The notes: generated by a model from the letters alone, not told the origin. 64,000 nucleotides of DNA from a virus (IMGVR_UViG_3300021387_000796:128001-192000), one strand, 5' to 3'; shown: positions 9,217 through 19,240, counted from the first letter of the stretch. Numbers and translations are program-made.

Positions 9217-9393
9217 CTAATATGTGCATTCATAGCAAGAATAACATTTATTCAATTCTTGTTCCGTTGGTTTCTTATTTAATATTTTACAACCACATTT
9301 GCATACATTTTCCCAAGGAAGTGCTATATGTTGTTTGCGGTCTACACCTATAACTAGAATATAATTTGAATAATCCTCTTTATTATCATCCAT
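9217..9393 (-). CDS. small Cys-rich protein
   Basis: GAGG SD before MDDNK; CxCxC and CxxCxxC. Confidence 0.6.
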   Translation of the reverse strand: MDDNKEDYSNYILVIGVDRKQHIALPWENVCKCGCKILNKKPTEQELNKCYSCYECTY

Positions 9394-9403
9394 TTTTAAC
9401 CTC

Positions 9404-9697
9404 TTAAAAATATAAATATTGAAACTCGTAGTGAGTATGCCACAAATCAAATCTCATCAAATATTTCTTTTCATGATTGTCGAGCGTAGTATAAAAAATA
9501 AGACTTCGGCATTCATCCCATAAGAAATCTATGTCAAATTCGATTCGTTGTGTTAAATTTGATTCACTAGTCGATGTCATTTTTGCAACACGACCGATTA
9601 CCGCAGATAGATTATCATAAATATCTTGATACATTCGTTTTTCTTGAGGGTCATTTACTTTAATTATTTTGTATGTAAGTTTATCTAAAATATTCAT
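9404..9697 (-). CDS. hypothetical protein
   Basis: AAGGAG SD. Confidence 0.75.
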   Translation of the reverse strand: MNILDKLTYKIIKVNDPQEKRMYQDIYDNLSAVIGRVAKMTSTSESNLTQRIEFDIDFLWDECRSLIFYTTLDNHEKKYLMRFDLWHTHYEFQYLYF

Positions 9698-9813
9698 ATA
9701 TACTCCTTAGAACAAACTTACAACTTTTTCTTATTGTTGACAATACTAAAACAAAAAAATCCGCCCATTTTTTGAACGGATTTGAAAAATATTATTGTTT
9801 AATCTGCATATTT

Positions 9814-10449
9814 TTAATCTATTGCTGAAAATAAGCATTCATTAATTGCATTTTTAGCAAAATCAAAACATTTAGATGTTACATCTTTTTTATAAATATT
9901 TGTGTGTGATTTTGGATAACGACCATCTTGTAACAGTATGTTTCTTACATGGTCGTAAAGAACTCCATTATCTTCACAAATTTGATTGAACATTGATGAT
10001 GTATTTACAATCGTTGAAAGCATATAGTTATCAAATAATTTTGCTAAACACGCTTCCATTGGTGATACTACATTATAGACTGTAGTACATTTATCTATTG
10101 ATTTTAAGTAATTGAGCAGTATTGGATTATCGGTTAAAACCCTTATATCAGCACCATCATTCTGCGATTCAGTCACATCAAATTCCAACCAATAATTACA
10201 CTTTGGGTGATTTTTGATGAAATTTGGTGTTATAGTTGAACGAATGGTTATATTATCTGTCCATTTACTCGCTGATTTTATAGCATTATCAGTATCTTTC
10301 ATTTCGGTACAAATTAAAGCAAGGTCTAATTTTTCATTTATGCTCATGTTATATTTTGGGTCTTCCACTAATATTTCAGCAGTACCTTTTTCAAGATATA
10401 ATTTAGTTGCTTTGCCGACCGTACCGAATCCATAAATTCCTATTTTCAA
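9814..10449 (-). CDS. UDP-glucose/GDP-mannose dehydrogenase-like protein lacking the C-terminal domain
   Basis: Rossmann GIYGFGTVG, IRSTITP, AKLFDN, D.R, final KCF; TTG start after GGGAG. Confidence 0.7.
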   Translation of the reverse strand: MKIGIYGFGTVGKATKLYLEKGTAEILVEDPKYNMSINEKLDLALICTEMKDTDNAIKSASKWTDNITIRSTITPNFIKNHPKCNYWLEFDVTESQNDGADIRVLTDNPILLNYLKSIDKCTTVYNVVSPMEACLAKLFDNYMLSTIVNTSSMFNQICEDNGVLYDHVRNILLQDGRYPKSHTNIYKKDVTSKCFDFAKNAINECLFSAID

Positions 10450-10462
10450 TTTTATACTCCCT

Positions 10463-10696
10463 TTATTCATCAAAATCACACAAACTTTCAGAGTAATCAT
10501 CGCCACCATAATAATCAGCACAAACATCTTCCGAATTCAGATATTCGTTCAATTCTTCTTCCGTATTAAAATATCGGTCATTTACACGATACTTTGGTTT
10601 GCTCAAAATTTCTTTTGCTGATTCATTGTTCGGATAATCCTTCAAAACTTCTTCTGCAATCTTGTGTGCAAATCCTTTATCTATTGTTCTTCCCAT
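10463..10696 (-). CDS. hypothetical protein
   Basis: AAGGAG SD. Confidence 0.7.
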   Translation of the reverse strand: MGRTIDKGFAHKIAEEVLKDYPNNESAKEILSKPKYRVNDRYFNTEEELNEYLNSEDVCADYYGGDDYSESLCDFDE

Positions 10697-10699
10697 GAT

Positions 10700-11008
10700 T
10701 TACTCCTTAAAACTTCTTGTTTTAGTTTCTTCATTATAAACATAATCTTTTCCAACAAGGCTTGAAAATATTTCACTTGCTGATTTACCTTCGTTCATCA
10801 TGTATTCGATGATATTCTGATTTTCTTTCTTGCAACGAAGATAACCCTCAATGTACAATATTATACCCAAATCATTCATATCCAAATCAGATTTTGCATT
10901 TGGATGAATCATTTGCATCATAGATTCATCTATTCCGTTTTCACCTAAAGATGTACTCATTGCGTTTTTAGCCAAAGCAATTAATTCAAGTTTATCACTA
11001 TCGGTCAT
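10700..11008 (-). CDS. hypothetical protein
   Basis: GGGAG SD. Confidence 0.75.
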   Translation of the reverse strand: MTDSDKLELIALAKNAMSTSLGENGIDESMMQMIHPNAKSDLDMNDLGIILYIEGYLRCKKENQNIIEYMMNEGKSASEIFSSLVGKDYVYNEETKTRSFKE

Positions 11009-11019
11009 AAATTACTCCC

Positions 11020-11544
11020 TTATTTATTCACCCATTCATTGAACTTGTTTTCAATTGTAGGATATTCAAAATCTTCATCAGCAATGATTTTTTCACATAC
11101 TGATTTTATTGTTTCATTATCATAAACACAAATGTTGTAATTCATTACATAAGATTCGCCACAATAATGGGGTCTTTTCAGATAAAAAGTTTCTTCAACC
11201 AAATTACAATTTTCATCATAGAAGTAAAATCTTCCGCTTTCTTTATCACCAAAAACAGAAGAAAGTTCCTTCTGAATATTCTTCACCATATGGTAAGGGA
11301 TTTTTCCACTAAATCCGCCATTCATAGAGAAAAAGATTGGAGCGTTACTGGCTTTTACAATCAACCACTTGTCAACATTTCCAAGTGGAAGTTCTTTAGC
11401 ATGGTCTACTACCCACTTGAGGGTTTTGTTTGAAGAAATAAGTTCATTTCTTTCTTCGAGTGTATATTTTGCAAGAGGTGGATTAACGCATTCTTCCAAC
11501 AAATCTCTTGCTACATTTACTAGTGTTTCTGAATATTTAGACAT
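11020..11544 (-). CDS. hypothetical protein
   Basis: AAGGAG SD, own promoter. Confidence 0.8.
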   Translation of the reverse strand: MSKYSETLVNVARDLLEECVNPPLAKYTLEERNELISSNKTLKWVVDHAKELPLGNVDKWLIVKASNAPIFFSMNGGFSGKIPYHMVKNIQKELSSVFGDKESGRFYFYDENCNLVEETFYLKRPHYCGESYVMNYNICVYDNETIKSVCEKIIADEDFEYPTIENKFNEWVNK

Positions 11545-11566
11545 AAGATAATCTCCTTATGATTAA

Positions 11567-11595
11567 AGAATATCACAGATGATTTATTTTGTCAA
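11567..11595 (-). promoter_or_regulatory. sigma70-like early promoter
   Basis: TAATTTAC-TTGACA-N17-TATTCT with TG extension. Confidence 0.75.
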
Positions 11596-11644
11596 GTAAA
11601 TTATTAAACTTTATAACTACTCCCAAAGGAGTAGTCTGTTTTAT

Positions 11645-12715
11645 TTATGCACGTTTGCGAACATAAAAACGGAAATGGAAGCACTGCCCATGTTTTACAT
11701 TTACAATAACATTTGTATTGAAACCGCCTGCTCCGCTAGTCCACAATTCACATTCGGCTTTATCACCGACAACATACCCTTCGAGGTCGCCTTTAACCCC
11801 AACTTCGATATGCGACATATCGATAATTTTTCCAACAATGCCTTCAACGTCTTTAATCAGTTGGTCATATTTGCGGTCTTTTTCTTTAGCGATATCTTTA
11901 CGCATATTTTCTTCGAACGCTTCCTTTTTAGGAGACCACTTTGACTTGCCCCACTTTTCAATCTGTCTGATAGAAAAGTGTGATTCGTATTCTTCTCCAA
12001 GTTCATGCAAAGCACTACGAATTGCTTTGCTACATTCATCACGATACTTTGCGTTCTGATAGTATTCTTCGTATGTAGAATAAAACTCAGTATAAGGTGA
12101 ATCTTTCCACATTTCTGTAATCTGTTCTTTGTGTTCCCAAGAATTGCAAGTAATCATGTATTCAATAGAACTTTCAATTACAGATTTGTAATAAGATTCG
12201 TGTTCTTTTTCAAAATATTCAAATCTTTTCATCCAATAATCAGTAACTTCTTTTTCCCAATTGTTCAGAAATTCAACGATTACATTTACATCTTTTCCGT
12301 TCACTGAAACACTATGTAATTCAATACTTGCTTTTCGGTCAGCAACTTTCTTTTCTTCTTCTGCAATAGAGTCACGGTATTTCTGACAACGTTGTTCAAG
12401 TTCCTTAATTCCATCTTGTGTATTTACGATTGGATTGCTAGTCCATTTACTATAATCATAGAAAGTTGAAATATCGAAATATAACTGAGCAACTTCACTT
12501 GAATAATACTTTTCAAGTTTTCCATAGAGTGAAAGTTCATCTGTTTTAGCATCCATAGACTTGATAGAAACTTCATAATCTTCATTAGTGAGTTTCTTCC
12601 ACTGTGCTGAAAGTTTTGCTTTCTTATTTTCATATTTGGCAAGAAGAGCAATCTTCTTTGCAAGTTTTTCTTCGTTCTTTACCAAATTGATTTTCATCTT
12701 TTCTACATCTGCCAT
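11645..12715 (-). CDS. conserved phage coiled-coil protein (GAGG.N..QCFH.R C-terminal motif)
   Basis: 356 aa; own promoter and downstream hairpin 11617-11636. Confidence 0.85.
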   Translation of the reverse strand: MADVEKMKINLVKNEEKLAKKIALLAKYENKKAKLSAQWKKLTNEDYEVSIKSMDAKTDELSLYGKLEKYYSSEVAQLYFDISTFYDYSKWTSNPIVNTQDGIKELEQRCQKYRDSIAEEEKKVADRKASIELHSVSVNGKDVNVIVEFLNNWEKEVTDYWMKRFEYFEKEHESYYKSVIESSIEYMITCNSWEHKEQITEMWKDSPYTEFYSTYEEYYQNAKYRDECSKAIRSALHELGEEYESHFSIRQIEKWGKSKWSPKKEAFEENMRKDIAKEKDRKYDQLIKDVEGIVGKIIDMSHIEVGVKGDLEGYVVGDKAECELWTSGAGGFNTNVIVNVKHGQCFHFRFYVRKRA

Positions 12716-12748
12716 AATTATTCCCTTCCTTATCTTTAGGATAATTAA

Positions 12749-12777
12749 ATTATAGCAGATGTGTTTTTATTTGTCAA
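12749..12777 (-). promoter_or_regulatory. consensus sigma70 promoter
   Basis: TTGACA-N17-TATAAT with TGc extension. Confidence 0.85.
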
Positions 12778-12797
12778 GCAAAATTATCAAATATTTA

Positions 12798-13016
12798 TTA
12801 TTTTCCCCATCCCTTGCATTCCTCGTATTCTTCTTCTGTAACTACAGTACATACGACTTTTTCATGCACCCCATTTTCATCAATTTCAACATCATGATAA
12901 TTTTCAAATACCACATATTCTTTTCCGTAAATTGTAACTGTAGAATCTTCGTATAATGGTTTTTCCAAATCAGCAGTAGCAATAATATTATCATTGTATT
13001 CAAATTCTGTTTTCAT
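12798..13016 (-). CDS. acidic hypothetical protein
   Basis: AAGGAG SD. Confidence 0.7.
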   Translation of the reverse strand: MKTEFEYNDNIIATADLEKPLYEDSTVTIYGKEYVVFENYHDVEIDENGVHEKVVCTVVTEEEYEECKGWGK

Positions 13017-13078
13017 TATTTTTTTATCTCCTTATAACATTAACATTATATTTTTTGTTTTGATTTATAATCTATAGG

Positions 13079-13336
13079 TTATTCTTCAATAATACTGCCA
13101 ACATATTCAAGTGATTTATATCCGCAACCGTATTTCTTGTACTTTTCAATCTCATCTTCTCTTATGATAAAAGGATTAGGAATATACAAATATTCATGAT
13201 TTTTCAGTGTCGCTTCTTTTCCATCTTCACCAACATAATTATTGTATTCATCAAATCTTGCAGAACTTACTGTGTGATAATCAGTATCATTATAATAATG
13301 ATTAAATACCACTTTGTACATTTTAATGTGTTTCAT
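13079..13336 (-). CDS. hypothetical protein
   Basis: AAGGAG SD. Confidence 0.75.
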   Translation of the reverse strand: MKHIKMYKVVFNHYYNDTDYHTVSSARFDEYNNYVGEDGKEATLKNHEYLYIPNPFIIREDEIEKYKKYGCGYKSLEYVGSIIEE

Positions 13337-13357
13337 ATATTTATCTCCTTTTAATTT

Positions 13358-13786
13358 TTATTTTTCATCTTCCGCTAAATGAATTGCGATTTCCACACAA
13401 TCATCATACTCTATCATTTTGACCAATCCTTTTTCAATAAGTTCATTCATCATCTTTGTTTTGGAATCTTCTACAAAATCATTAAAATATTTTTCATTTA
13501 ATTTAGTGCTTGAATGATAAGGGTCTAAATTATAAAAAGGAATATACTTTTGAATCCTATATCTTATGATATGTCCATTATTTCTGATTTTCGTTTTTAA
13601 TTCATTTATCAGTGCTTCCTTTTCTTCTATTTCTCTATGTAGTAGTTCTATTGTTTTATTAGAGGTTTCTATCATGGTTGTTGCACGTCCGATTACATCA
13701 TCACGATACTTAATGTCTCTTTTTAATTTACATTCTTTTCTATGTGCTTTCCATAAAAGTTGAACTGCTTTTGATAACTTTTTCAT
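13358..13786 (-). CDS. hypothetical protein
   Basis: AGGAG SD. Confidence 0.75.
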   Translation of the reverse strand: MKKLSKAVQLLWKAHRKECKLKRDIKYRDDVIGRATTMIETSNKTIELLHREIEEKEALINELKTKIRNNGHIIRYRIQKYIPFYNLDPYHSSTKLNEKYFNDFVEDSKTKMMNELIEKGLVKMIEYDDCVEIAIHLAEDEK

Positions 13787-13787
13787 T

Positions 13788-14099
13788 TTATTTTCTCCTT
13801 TTACCTAGCGTGAATTTTGTACCACAATTTGTACAAATACCAACAAAAGAACCTTTTCTTGATTGTTTCAATTCTCCATTACATTTATTACACTTCACTT
13901 GGGTAATCCGCTTTTCCATAAATTCGTCAATTTGTGAGGAATGGTTTTTTCTAGGCTTGCATTTTATTAATCCCAATTGTCTTGCTATTCGTTTATATTC
14001 TTTCCCCACCCAAGCCTCACAATCTCCATCTCCTAACATTTCCCCAAGACGAATAAATTGAGACCATAAGAATTCATTATCATCAAACGTTTTGTCCAT
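13788..14099 (-). CDS. zinc-ribbon protein
   Basis: CNKC..CTNC; AGGAG SD before MDKTF. Confidence 0.75.
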   Translation of the reverse strand: MDKTFDDNEFLWSQFIRLGEMLGDGDCEAWVGKEYKRIARQLGLIKCKPRKNHSSQIDEFMEKRITQVKCNKCNGELKQSRKGSFVGICTNCGTKFTLGKRRK

Positions 14100-14331
14100 A
14101 ATTTGATTCTCCTTTTTCAAACAAAATTTGAACTACTCTGTTTAACTCACTACCGTCAACATCTTTAAGTATATGATATCTTATATTGAATGGACTTTTT
14201 CCAAAAACTCGGTTCGCATAAGTTTCTTCACATCCATCGACACTCATATCAACAGAACATTCAAATTCTAAATCACCATATCCATCTTCTATTATTTTAT
14301 TCAAAGCGTTTCTTATTTCAATGATGTTCAT
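14083..14331 (-). CDS. hypothetical protein
   Basis: TAATG coupling. Confidence 0.7.
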   Translation of the reverse strand: MNIIEIRNALNKIIEDGYGDLEFECSVDMSVDGCEETYANRVFGKSPFNIRYHILKDVDGSELNRVVQILFEKGESNYGQNV

Positions 14332-14726
14332 TATTTTTCCTCTGTAATTTTTTCAAATTCAATTATATCATCAAAATCATATTCGTTAGCATCTTCGAGT
14401 ATCACAAATCGATTATCAGTAAAACTCCATATCAATTGACCTTTCTTTTTAAGTATGGTTGTACAATCATCATAATAATCATCATAATAGGTGAATACAA
14501 CTTCATCACCATTACAACTAGGTGTTCCATTTTTATCTTGAATATAACCACCTTTACAAAGATGAGATTCAATTTGAGGAAGAGAATCAAGAAAGTTCAT
14601 AGCCTTATCGTAATCTTCATTATATTCCTTATATCCATCTTCATGACAAGGTTTGATACAACAATCTTTTGCAAGATTTATTTGTTTCTTTATCCAATCA
14701 ATCAGTTCTTTAGTTTCTTTCTTCAT
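14331..14726 (-). CDS. hypothetical protein with YopX-like C-terminal part
   Basis: GGYIQDKNG....GD.V motif; AGGAGG SD. Confidence 0.7.
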   Translation of the reverse strand: MKKETKELIDWIKKQINLAKDCCIKPCHEDGYKEYNEDYDKAMNFLDSLPQIESHLCKGGYIQDKNGTPSCNGDEVVFTYYDDYYDDCTTILKKKGQLIWSFTDNRFVILEDANEYDFDDIIEFEKITEEK

Positions 14727-15003
14727 TTTCATCCTCCTTAAACAATTCTTTTGCTTTCTCAAGTCTTTTATAATCACCGCTGATATGTATATCCAAGTCA
14801 TCAATACATCTATAAAGTAACTCTTTTCGTTTCTTTTCTTTAAGTTCTTTACTGTTTCTAATTTCTATCATCAATTTGATTGTGTTGTGAAACACCGCAT
14901 TGTCATAAAAGACCTCTTCACAAGAATCTACACCTTCTTTACCGCCCACGATATAACCGATGATTATACCAAATAAAATACATGTTATAGCGATAATCCA
15001 CAT
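14710..15003 (-). CDS. membrane-anchored hypothetical protein
   Basis: N-terminal TM. Confidence 0.7.
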   Translation of the reverse strand: MWIIAITCILFGIIIGYIVGGKEGVDSCEEVFYDNAVFHNTIKLMIEIRNSKELKEKKRKELLYRCIDDLDIHISGDYKRLEKAKELFKEDENEERN

Positions 15004-15025
15004 AATTTCTTTACCCCTTTATCTT

Positions 15026-15065
15026 ATGAACTACCCACCACCTTAAAAGGTGGTGGCTTCTTGTT
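15026..15065. mobile_element. orphan IS200/IS605-type terminal hairpin (remnant)
   Basis: ATGAACTAC-CCACCACCTT-AA-AAGGTGGTGG-CTTCTTG resembles TnpB/IscB element ends; no transposase nearby. Confidence 0.5.
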
Positions 15066-15297
15066 TATCCAACACAATCTTCTGTTTACTGTTGGTCAAA
15101 ATAAACTGTGTATCTTCACCATATTCCATAAAAGTATCGGCATTTTCCACAAATGCTTCCATAAGGGCATTCAAACCTTTCTCATTGTATAATTTGTTGT
15201 ACTTGAGAGCCATAGAATGTTTATAAAGCCAATTCTTCACATCAAGTAATGCTTTTGTGTAACCTTCTTTGCGAATAGATTCTTCATAAAAACCCAT
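15043..15297 (-). CDS. hypothetical protein
   Basis: GAGG SD; stop lies inside the hairpin. Confidence 0.7.
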   Translation of the reverse strand: MGFYEESIRKEGYTKALLDVKNWLYKHSMALKYNKLYNEKGLNALMEAFVENADTFMEYGEDTQFILTNSKQKIVLDKQEATTF

Positions 15298-15306
15298 ATT
15301 TACCTC

Positions 15307-15582
15307 TTATTTTATTTTCGTTTCAATTTTTAATTCATACCAACTTTCTCTAGGGAATTTTATATTCCACTCGTTCATTTCTTTGTCAGAATATTCAGAC
15401 AAAGGTTTCCAATCACTCAAAGGTTCTCTCGTATCACAAAATCCTTGTCCACCACAACAAAACTTTATGTATCTATAATATGCGGTTTTAGGTGTATAAA
15501 ATTCTGATTTCTGTTCAACCTTTGATTCTACATCTTTACCATTATCTATTTCTTCATAAATTTCTTTTAATTTTTCCATCAT
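15307..15582 (-). CDS. hypothetical protein
   Basis: GAGGAG SD. Confidence 0.7.
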   Translation of the reverse strand: MMEKLKEIYEEIDNGKDVESKVEQKSEFYTPKTAYYRYIKFCCGGQGFCDTREPLSDWKPLSEYSDKEMNEWNIKFPRESWYELKIETKIK

Positions 15583-15656
15583 TTTTATAACTCCTCATAT
15601 TTGGCGAATTAAATACTGAATTTTTACTTAATTCGTCATTTTTGACTAATTAGATT

Positions 15657-17192
15657 TTATGCTCCAATAATTTTATTTACCAAATCATCTTTTATCATAT
15701 CTTTAATACGATTATAAATTCCCTTATCTCTAAAATAATTTATCACATAAGTTCTTGTAGATAAATGCTTCTTAGTACAAAGTTTCTTTATAAACTCATC
15801 TTCAAATACCGAAGTTATAAATTCTTTGGTAAGTTTCTTCTGCTGATTAAACTTATTCTTTTGTCTGCGTAATTCACCTACAAGTTCAATGATTGTAAAC
15901 TTAATTTCATCAGATATATTTTCATCATAACCATGATTCTTTTCTGATTCTTCTGTTAAAAAGTTATACATCATGGAAATATCATCCACAAGATATTCGT
16001 GAGTATCTAATGTATTCATGATTCTATCTTTATGTATGTTTACAAGATTACCACCAAAATCATACAGTTTCAGAATACTCAATTCATCAGAATAAAGTTT
16101 CTTATATGCTGAACTTGGAATCTCAAATCCAAATCTCGTTTTTAATGCAAATAAAAATCCTCTATCATGAAACTTGTCTTCAGTTTTCCAAACATTTGAA
16201 GCATACAACAATGATAAAAATTGAATATCATTAAGGTCTGTGAAAATTTTAATAGGTGCTGAATATTTCAGCAAGTTTTCATCAGTGATATACAACAATC
16301 TTTTATAGCCATCAATGAGTTGATACTTGTTAGTTTTACTATCAAAATTTAATGTAATTGGTTGAGATTCCAAGTTCTGTAGATACTCAAGTTCACCCAC
16401 AGAGTTATTCTGATTGATTACTGAATTTACGGCATTATCAAAAAGTTCTCTTGCTTTAGATTCATTAATATGTACAGAAACTTTAATCATATCGTAATCA
16501 TAAAACTTTACCTTATCAGAAATAGAATCATCTTTTATATGAGTATCAAAATAAATAATGGATGTCTGCGAAAATCCACAACCATCATCAAATTTATTTT
16601 TATTTACTTCATATACATTCAAAAAGTCTATATTAATATTTTGATTGACATTCAAAGAAGATGGTAATCCTTCAAATCTGTCAAAATCATTTTTAGTGAT
16701 TTTATATTTATCACCAAACTTTTCTTTCATCCATGAAGTTATGTATTCTTTTGCTGATTTTTCAACATCAGATTTTAATTTACTGCATATATCTTTAAGT
16801 TCTCTTGAAAATTTAAAACTTGCGTTTTTCAAACTTACCGACATATTAGGATGTTTATCATTAAGATAATGGGTCATGATTTCTATCGTAGCAGTAGGTT
16901 CTTCTTTCTGATATTCTGCTAACAAAGCATTAAACTTTTCATCATATATTTTCTGAACGAGGTCTTTACTGTCATCAAGATAAAATTGATATTCATCTTG
17001 TATAAGTTTAATATCATTTCGATTTTCTTCTGTCAAACAAGATTTATATTCCAAATCGATTTTTGATTTTTCGTGAAATCCTTTTAATATATCAAGTGGA
17101 GTAAGATTATTCTGTTTTACAAGAATTTCTCTTAATTCCTTGAGATTCATATCTTTAATTTCATAATCGGCTTTTACTAAATTGCTATACAT
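15657..17192 (-). CDS. ParB/Srx-domain-containing protein
   Basis: QPITL..KYQLIDGYKRL..APIKI..ASN ParB N-domain signature in mid-protein. Confidence 0.65.
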   Translation of the reverse strand: MYSNLVKADYEIKDMNLKELREILVKQNNLTPLDILKGFHEKSKIDLEYKSCLTEENRNDIKLIQDEYQFYLDDSKDLVQKIYDEKFNALLAEYQKEEPTATIEIMTHYLNDKHPNMSVSLKNASFKFSRELKDICSKLKSDVEKSAKEYITSWMKEKFGDKYKITKNDFDRFEGLPSSLNVNQNINIDFLNVYEVNKNKFDDGCGFSQTSIIYFDTHIKDDSISDKVKFYDYDMIKVSVHINESKARELFDNAVNSVINQNNSVGELEYLQNLESQPITLNFDSKTNKYQLIDGYKRLLYITDENLLKYSAPIKIFTDLNDIQFLSLLYASNVWKTEDKFHDRGFLFALKTRFGFEIPSSAYKKLYSDELSILKLYDFGGNLVNIHKDRIMNTLDTHEYLVDDISMMYNFLTEESEKNHGYDENISDEIKFTIIELVGELRRQKNKFNQQKKLTKEFITSVFEDEFIKKLCTKKHLSTRTYVINYFRDKGIYNRIKDMIKDDLVNKIIGA

Positions 17193-17233
17193 ACAACATC
17201 ACCACCATTTATAAAAAAATTATCCTTATGAAA

Positions 17234-17262
17234 ATAATATCATAAGGATAATATATTGTCAA
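17234..17262 (-). promoter_or_regulatory. sigma70-like promoter overlapped by a 12-bp inverted repeat (17220-17251)
   Basis: TTGACA-N17-TATTAT; TTATCCTTATGA..TCATAAGGATAA. Confidence 0.7.
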
Positions 17263-17275
17263 AGAAAATTATAAA

Positions 17276-18610
17276 TTAATTATTTGGTTCTTGTCCTTCT
17301 TCTTTCAATTCAAGGAATACGGGAAATCTCAAAGATTTAATATGCGTTGTAGTATTTTCAGTCTGCTCGAAATACTGTACAGAAATTACTCTACCTATCA
17401 ATTCATCTTTTATGTCGTAAAACCTAATCCTTTCATCTTCACTGTATCCAGAACCAACTTTGGCTTCAATATGCCCAAGAGTAGGATGTTCTATATCACA
17501 AATTAAAGCACCAAGTCTACCTTTATTAGCATTAGTTCCTTCTTCAACTCCACGAATAATTAAATCCATTTCATCAAATGCTTTTACTTTTAGCCAATCA
17601 TTAGTTCTTTTCCAAGAATATTTACTGTCCAAAAATTTTATAACAAGACCTTCCCAATCGTCAGTTCGAACAATTCCTTTCATAAATTCTTCGATTTTAG
17701 AAGGGTCGTTTCCAACATAAATATCTTCTACAAAATTAAGATGTTTATGTTCTGTAGAACTAAGAATATCTCTAAGTTTATTATGTCGTTCTTTGTATGT
17801 AAATGGACAATCTTTTTTATTCCAATCAGAAAGACTCATACAATCAAAAACATTAAATGTTATTCCACGTTTTTCTTTATCTTTAGTGGAAATAAGTTTA
17901 CTTGTCATTTTATATACGTCTTTAGAAGGATATTTCATAAAATCATCAATTGTAAGTTCACCATCAAATACAATGTTATCCGCTTTAAGATTTTTAATAT
18001 CTTCTTCTACTTCAATAAGACCTTCCCAAGTTTTACCTTGTCGAGAAATAATTTTAACATTTCCGTTCTCTTTAACAACAATACCCCTGTTGCCATCGAT
18101 TTTTACGGAGATTCCAAATTCTCGTGTTCCGTCTACAAGGCTAGGTTTATCGTAATATTTTGCACACAAACAACAATCCCATGTAGGTACAAGATTAGGA
18201 ATTGCTTTATTCAAAATTTTAACATCGAATCCTAAAGGAAGATTGCGAGTAACAACTCGATTAAAAAATTCTTTTTCTTCATCATTCTTACAAAGATGAT
18301 TTCTATACCATTGCATTGTACGAATATCATCGTCTGTACCTGTTTTATGAAGTTCGAGATATTTAAATACATTAAAGATTGTAGTGGTTTCATCTAAAGT
18401 ATTACTTTTATAATTCTCAAACATATCATCAGCAAGAGCCTTATTAATCTTCTTGTCCGAAAGTCCACTTACAATCGAGGAGTCAAAGACCCAGCGAAGA
18501 AAGTTCTTGAAATCTTCATCAGTAATTGAAGCAAGAAATTCTTTCTTTTCATTTGTACTCGAAATCGATTTAATTTTGTTACACGATTCCATGATTTGTG
18601 TAAAATTCAT
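17276..18610 (-). CDS. lig: ATP-dependent DNA ligase
   Basis: KIDGNR, SRQGK, FDGEL, FNVFD, EGLVIK, WLKVK, VGSG, SLRFPVF. Confidence 0.95.
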   Translation of the reverse strand: MNFTQIMESCNKIKSISSTNEKKEFLASITDEDFKNFLRWVFDSSIVSGLSDKKINKALADDMFENYKSNTLDETTTIFNVFKYLELHKTGTDDDIRTMQWYRNHLCKNDEEKEFFNRVVTRNLPLGFDVKILNKAIPNLVPTWDCCLCAKYYDKPSLVDGTREFGISVKIDGNRGIVVKENGNVKIISRQGKTWEGLIEVEEDIKNLKADNIVFDGELTIDDFMKYPSKDVYKMTSKLISTKDKEKRGITFNVFDCMSLSDWNKKDCPFTYKERHNKLRDILSSTEHKHLNFVEDIYVGNDPSKIEEFMKGIVRTDDWEGLVIKFLDSKYSWKRTNDWLKVKAFDEMDLIIRGVEEGTNANKGRLGALICDIEHPTLGHIEAKVGSGYSEDERIRFYDIKDELIGRVISVQYFEQTENTTTHIKSLRFPVFLELKEEGQEPNN

Positions 18611-18639
18611 ATTATTCCTCCATATAATTTATAAATAAC

Positions 18640-18882
18640 TTAATCCTCTTTGATTTCTTCATCACTGCAAAAATCATCATCTTCCATAGGGTAAAAATGA
18701 TAATCATGCCCATTATCTGTGAAATATTTTATATAATTAGAAATCTCATCATATTTACTAAATCTGTCTACCGTGCTGAAACCATCCCAATCACAACCGT
18801 CTGAATCGTCTTTTATTTTTACGACAATTTCTTTATTGTGGTCTAGTAAATCTAAAATTTTAATAGCCTTTGCGAATGTCAT
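18640..18882 (-). CDS. hypothetical protein
   Basis: AGGAG SD. Confidence 0.7.
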   Translation of the reverse strand: MTFAKAIKILDLLDHNKEIVVKIKDDSDGCDWDGFSTVDRFSKYDEISNYIKYFTDNGHDYHFYPMEDDDFCSDEEIKED

Positions 18883-18883
18883 A

Positions 18884-19240
18884 TCATTTCTCCTTTTTTA
18901 CAATAGCACTAACTTTACATTCATCATTATTAATATTAAACGTAATATCGCTCATTTTACATTTATATTTTTTAGCCAAGATTTTTCTTAAATCATTCTC
19001 GTTTACATCTATAAATTCCAATTCTTTCACATATTCATCAAAAATTTCATTTGTAGATTTTTCAAATTCTCCAACAAATGACAAATCTCTATCTAATAAA
19101 TTAATCGACCAAGTACCTAAAAAATTAGATTTAATTGAGATTATATCATCGGTATTGAAGTAATAATCATTTTTATAAGTACCATGTTCTTTATCTATTT
19201 TGAACATAAAGGGTTTGATTACTTTACATTGTATGTACAT
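18884..19240 (-). CDS. hypothetical protein
   Basis: GGAG SD. Confidence 0.7.
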   Translation of the reverse strand: MYIQCKVIKPFMFKIDKEHGTYKNDYYFNTDDIISIKSNFLGTWSINLLDRDLSFVGEFEKSTNEIFDEYVKELEFIDVNENDLRKILAKKYKCKMSDITFNINNDECKVSAIVKKEK

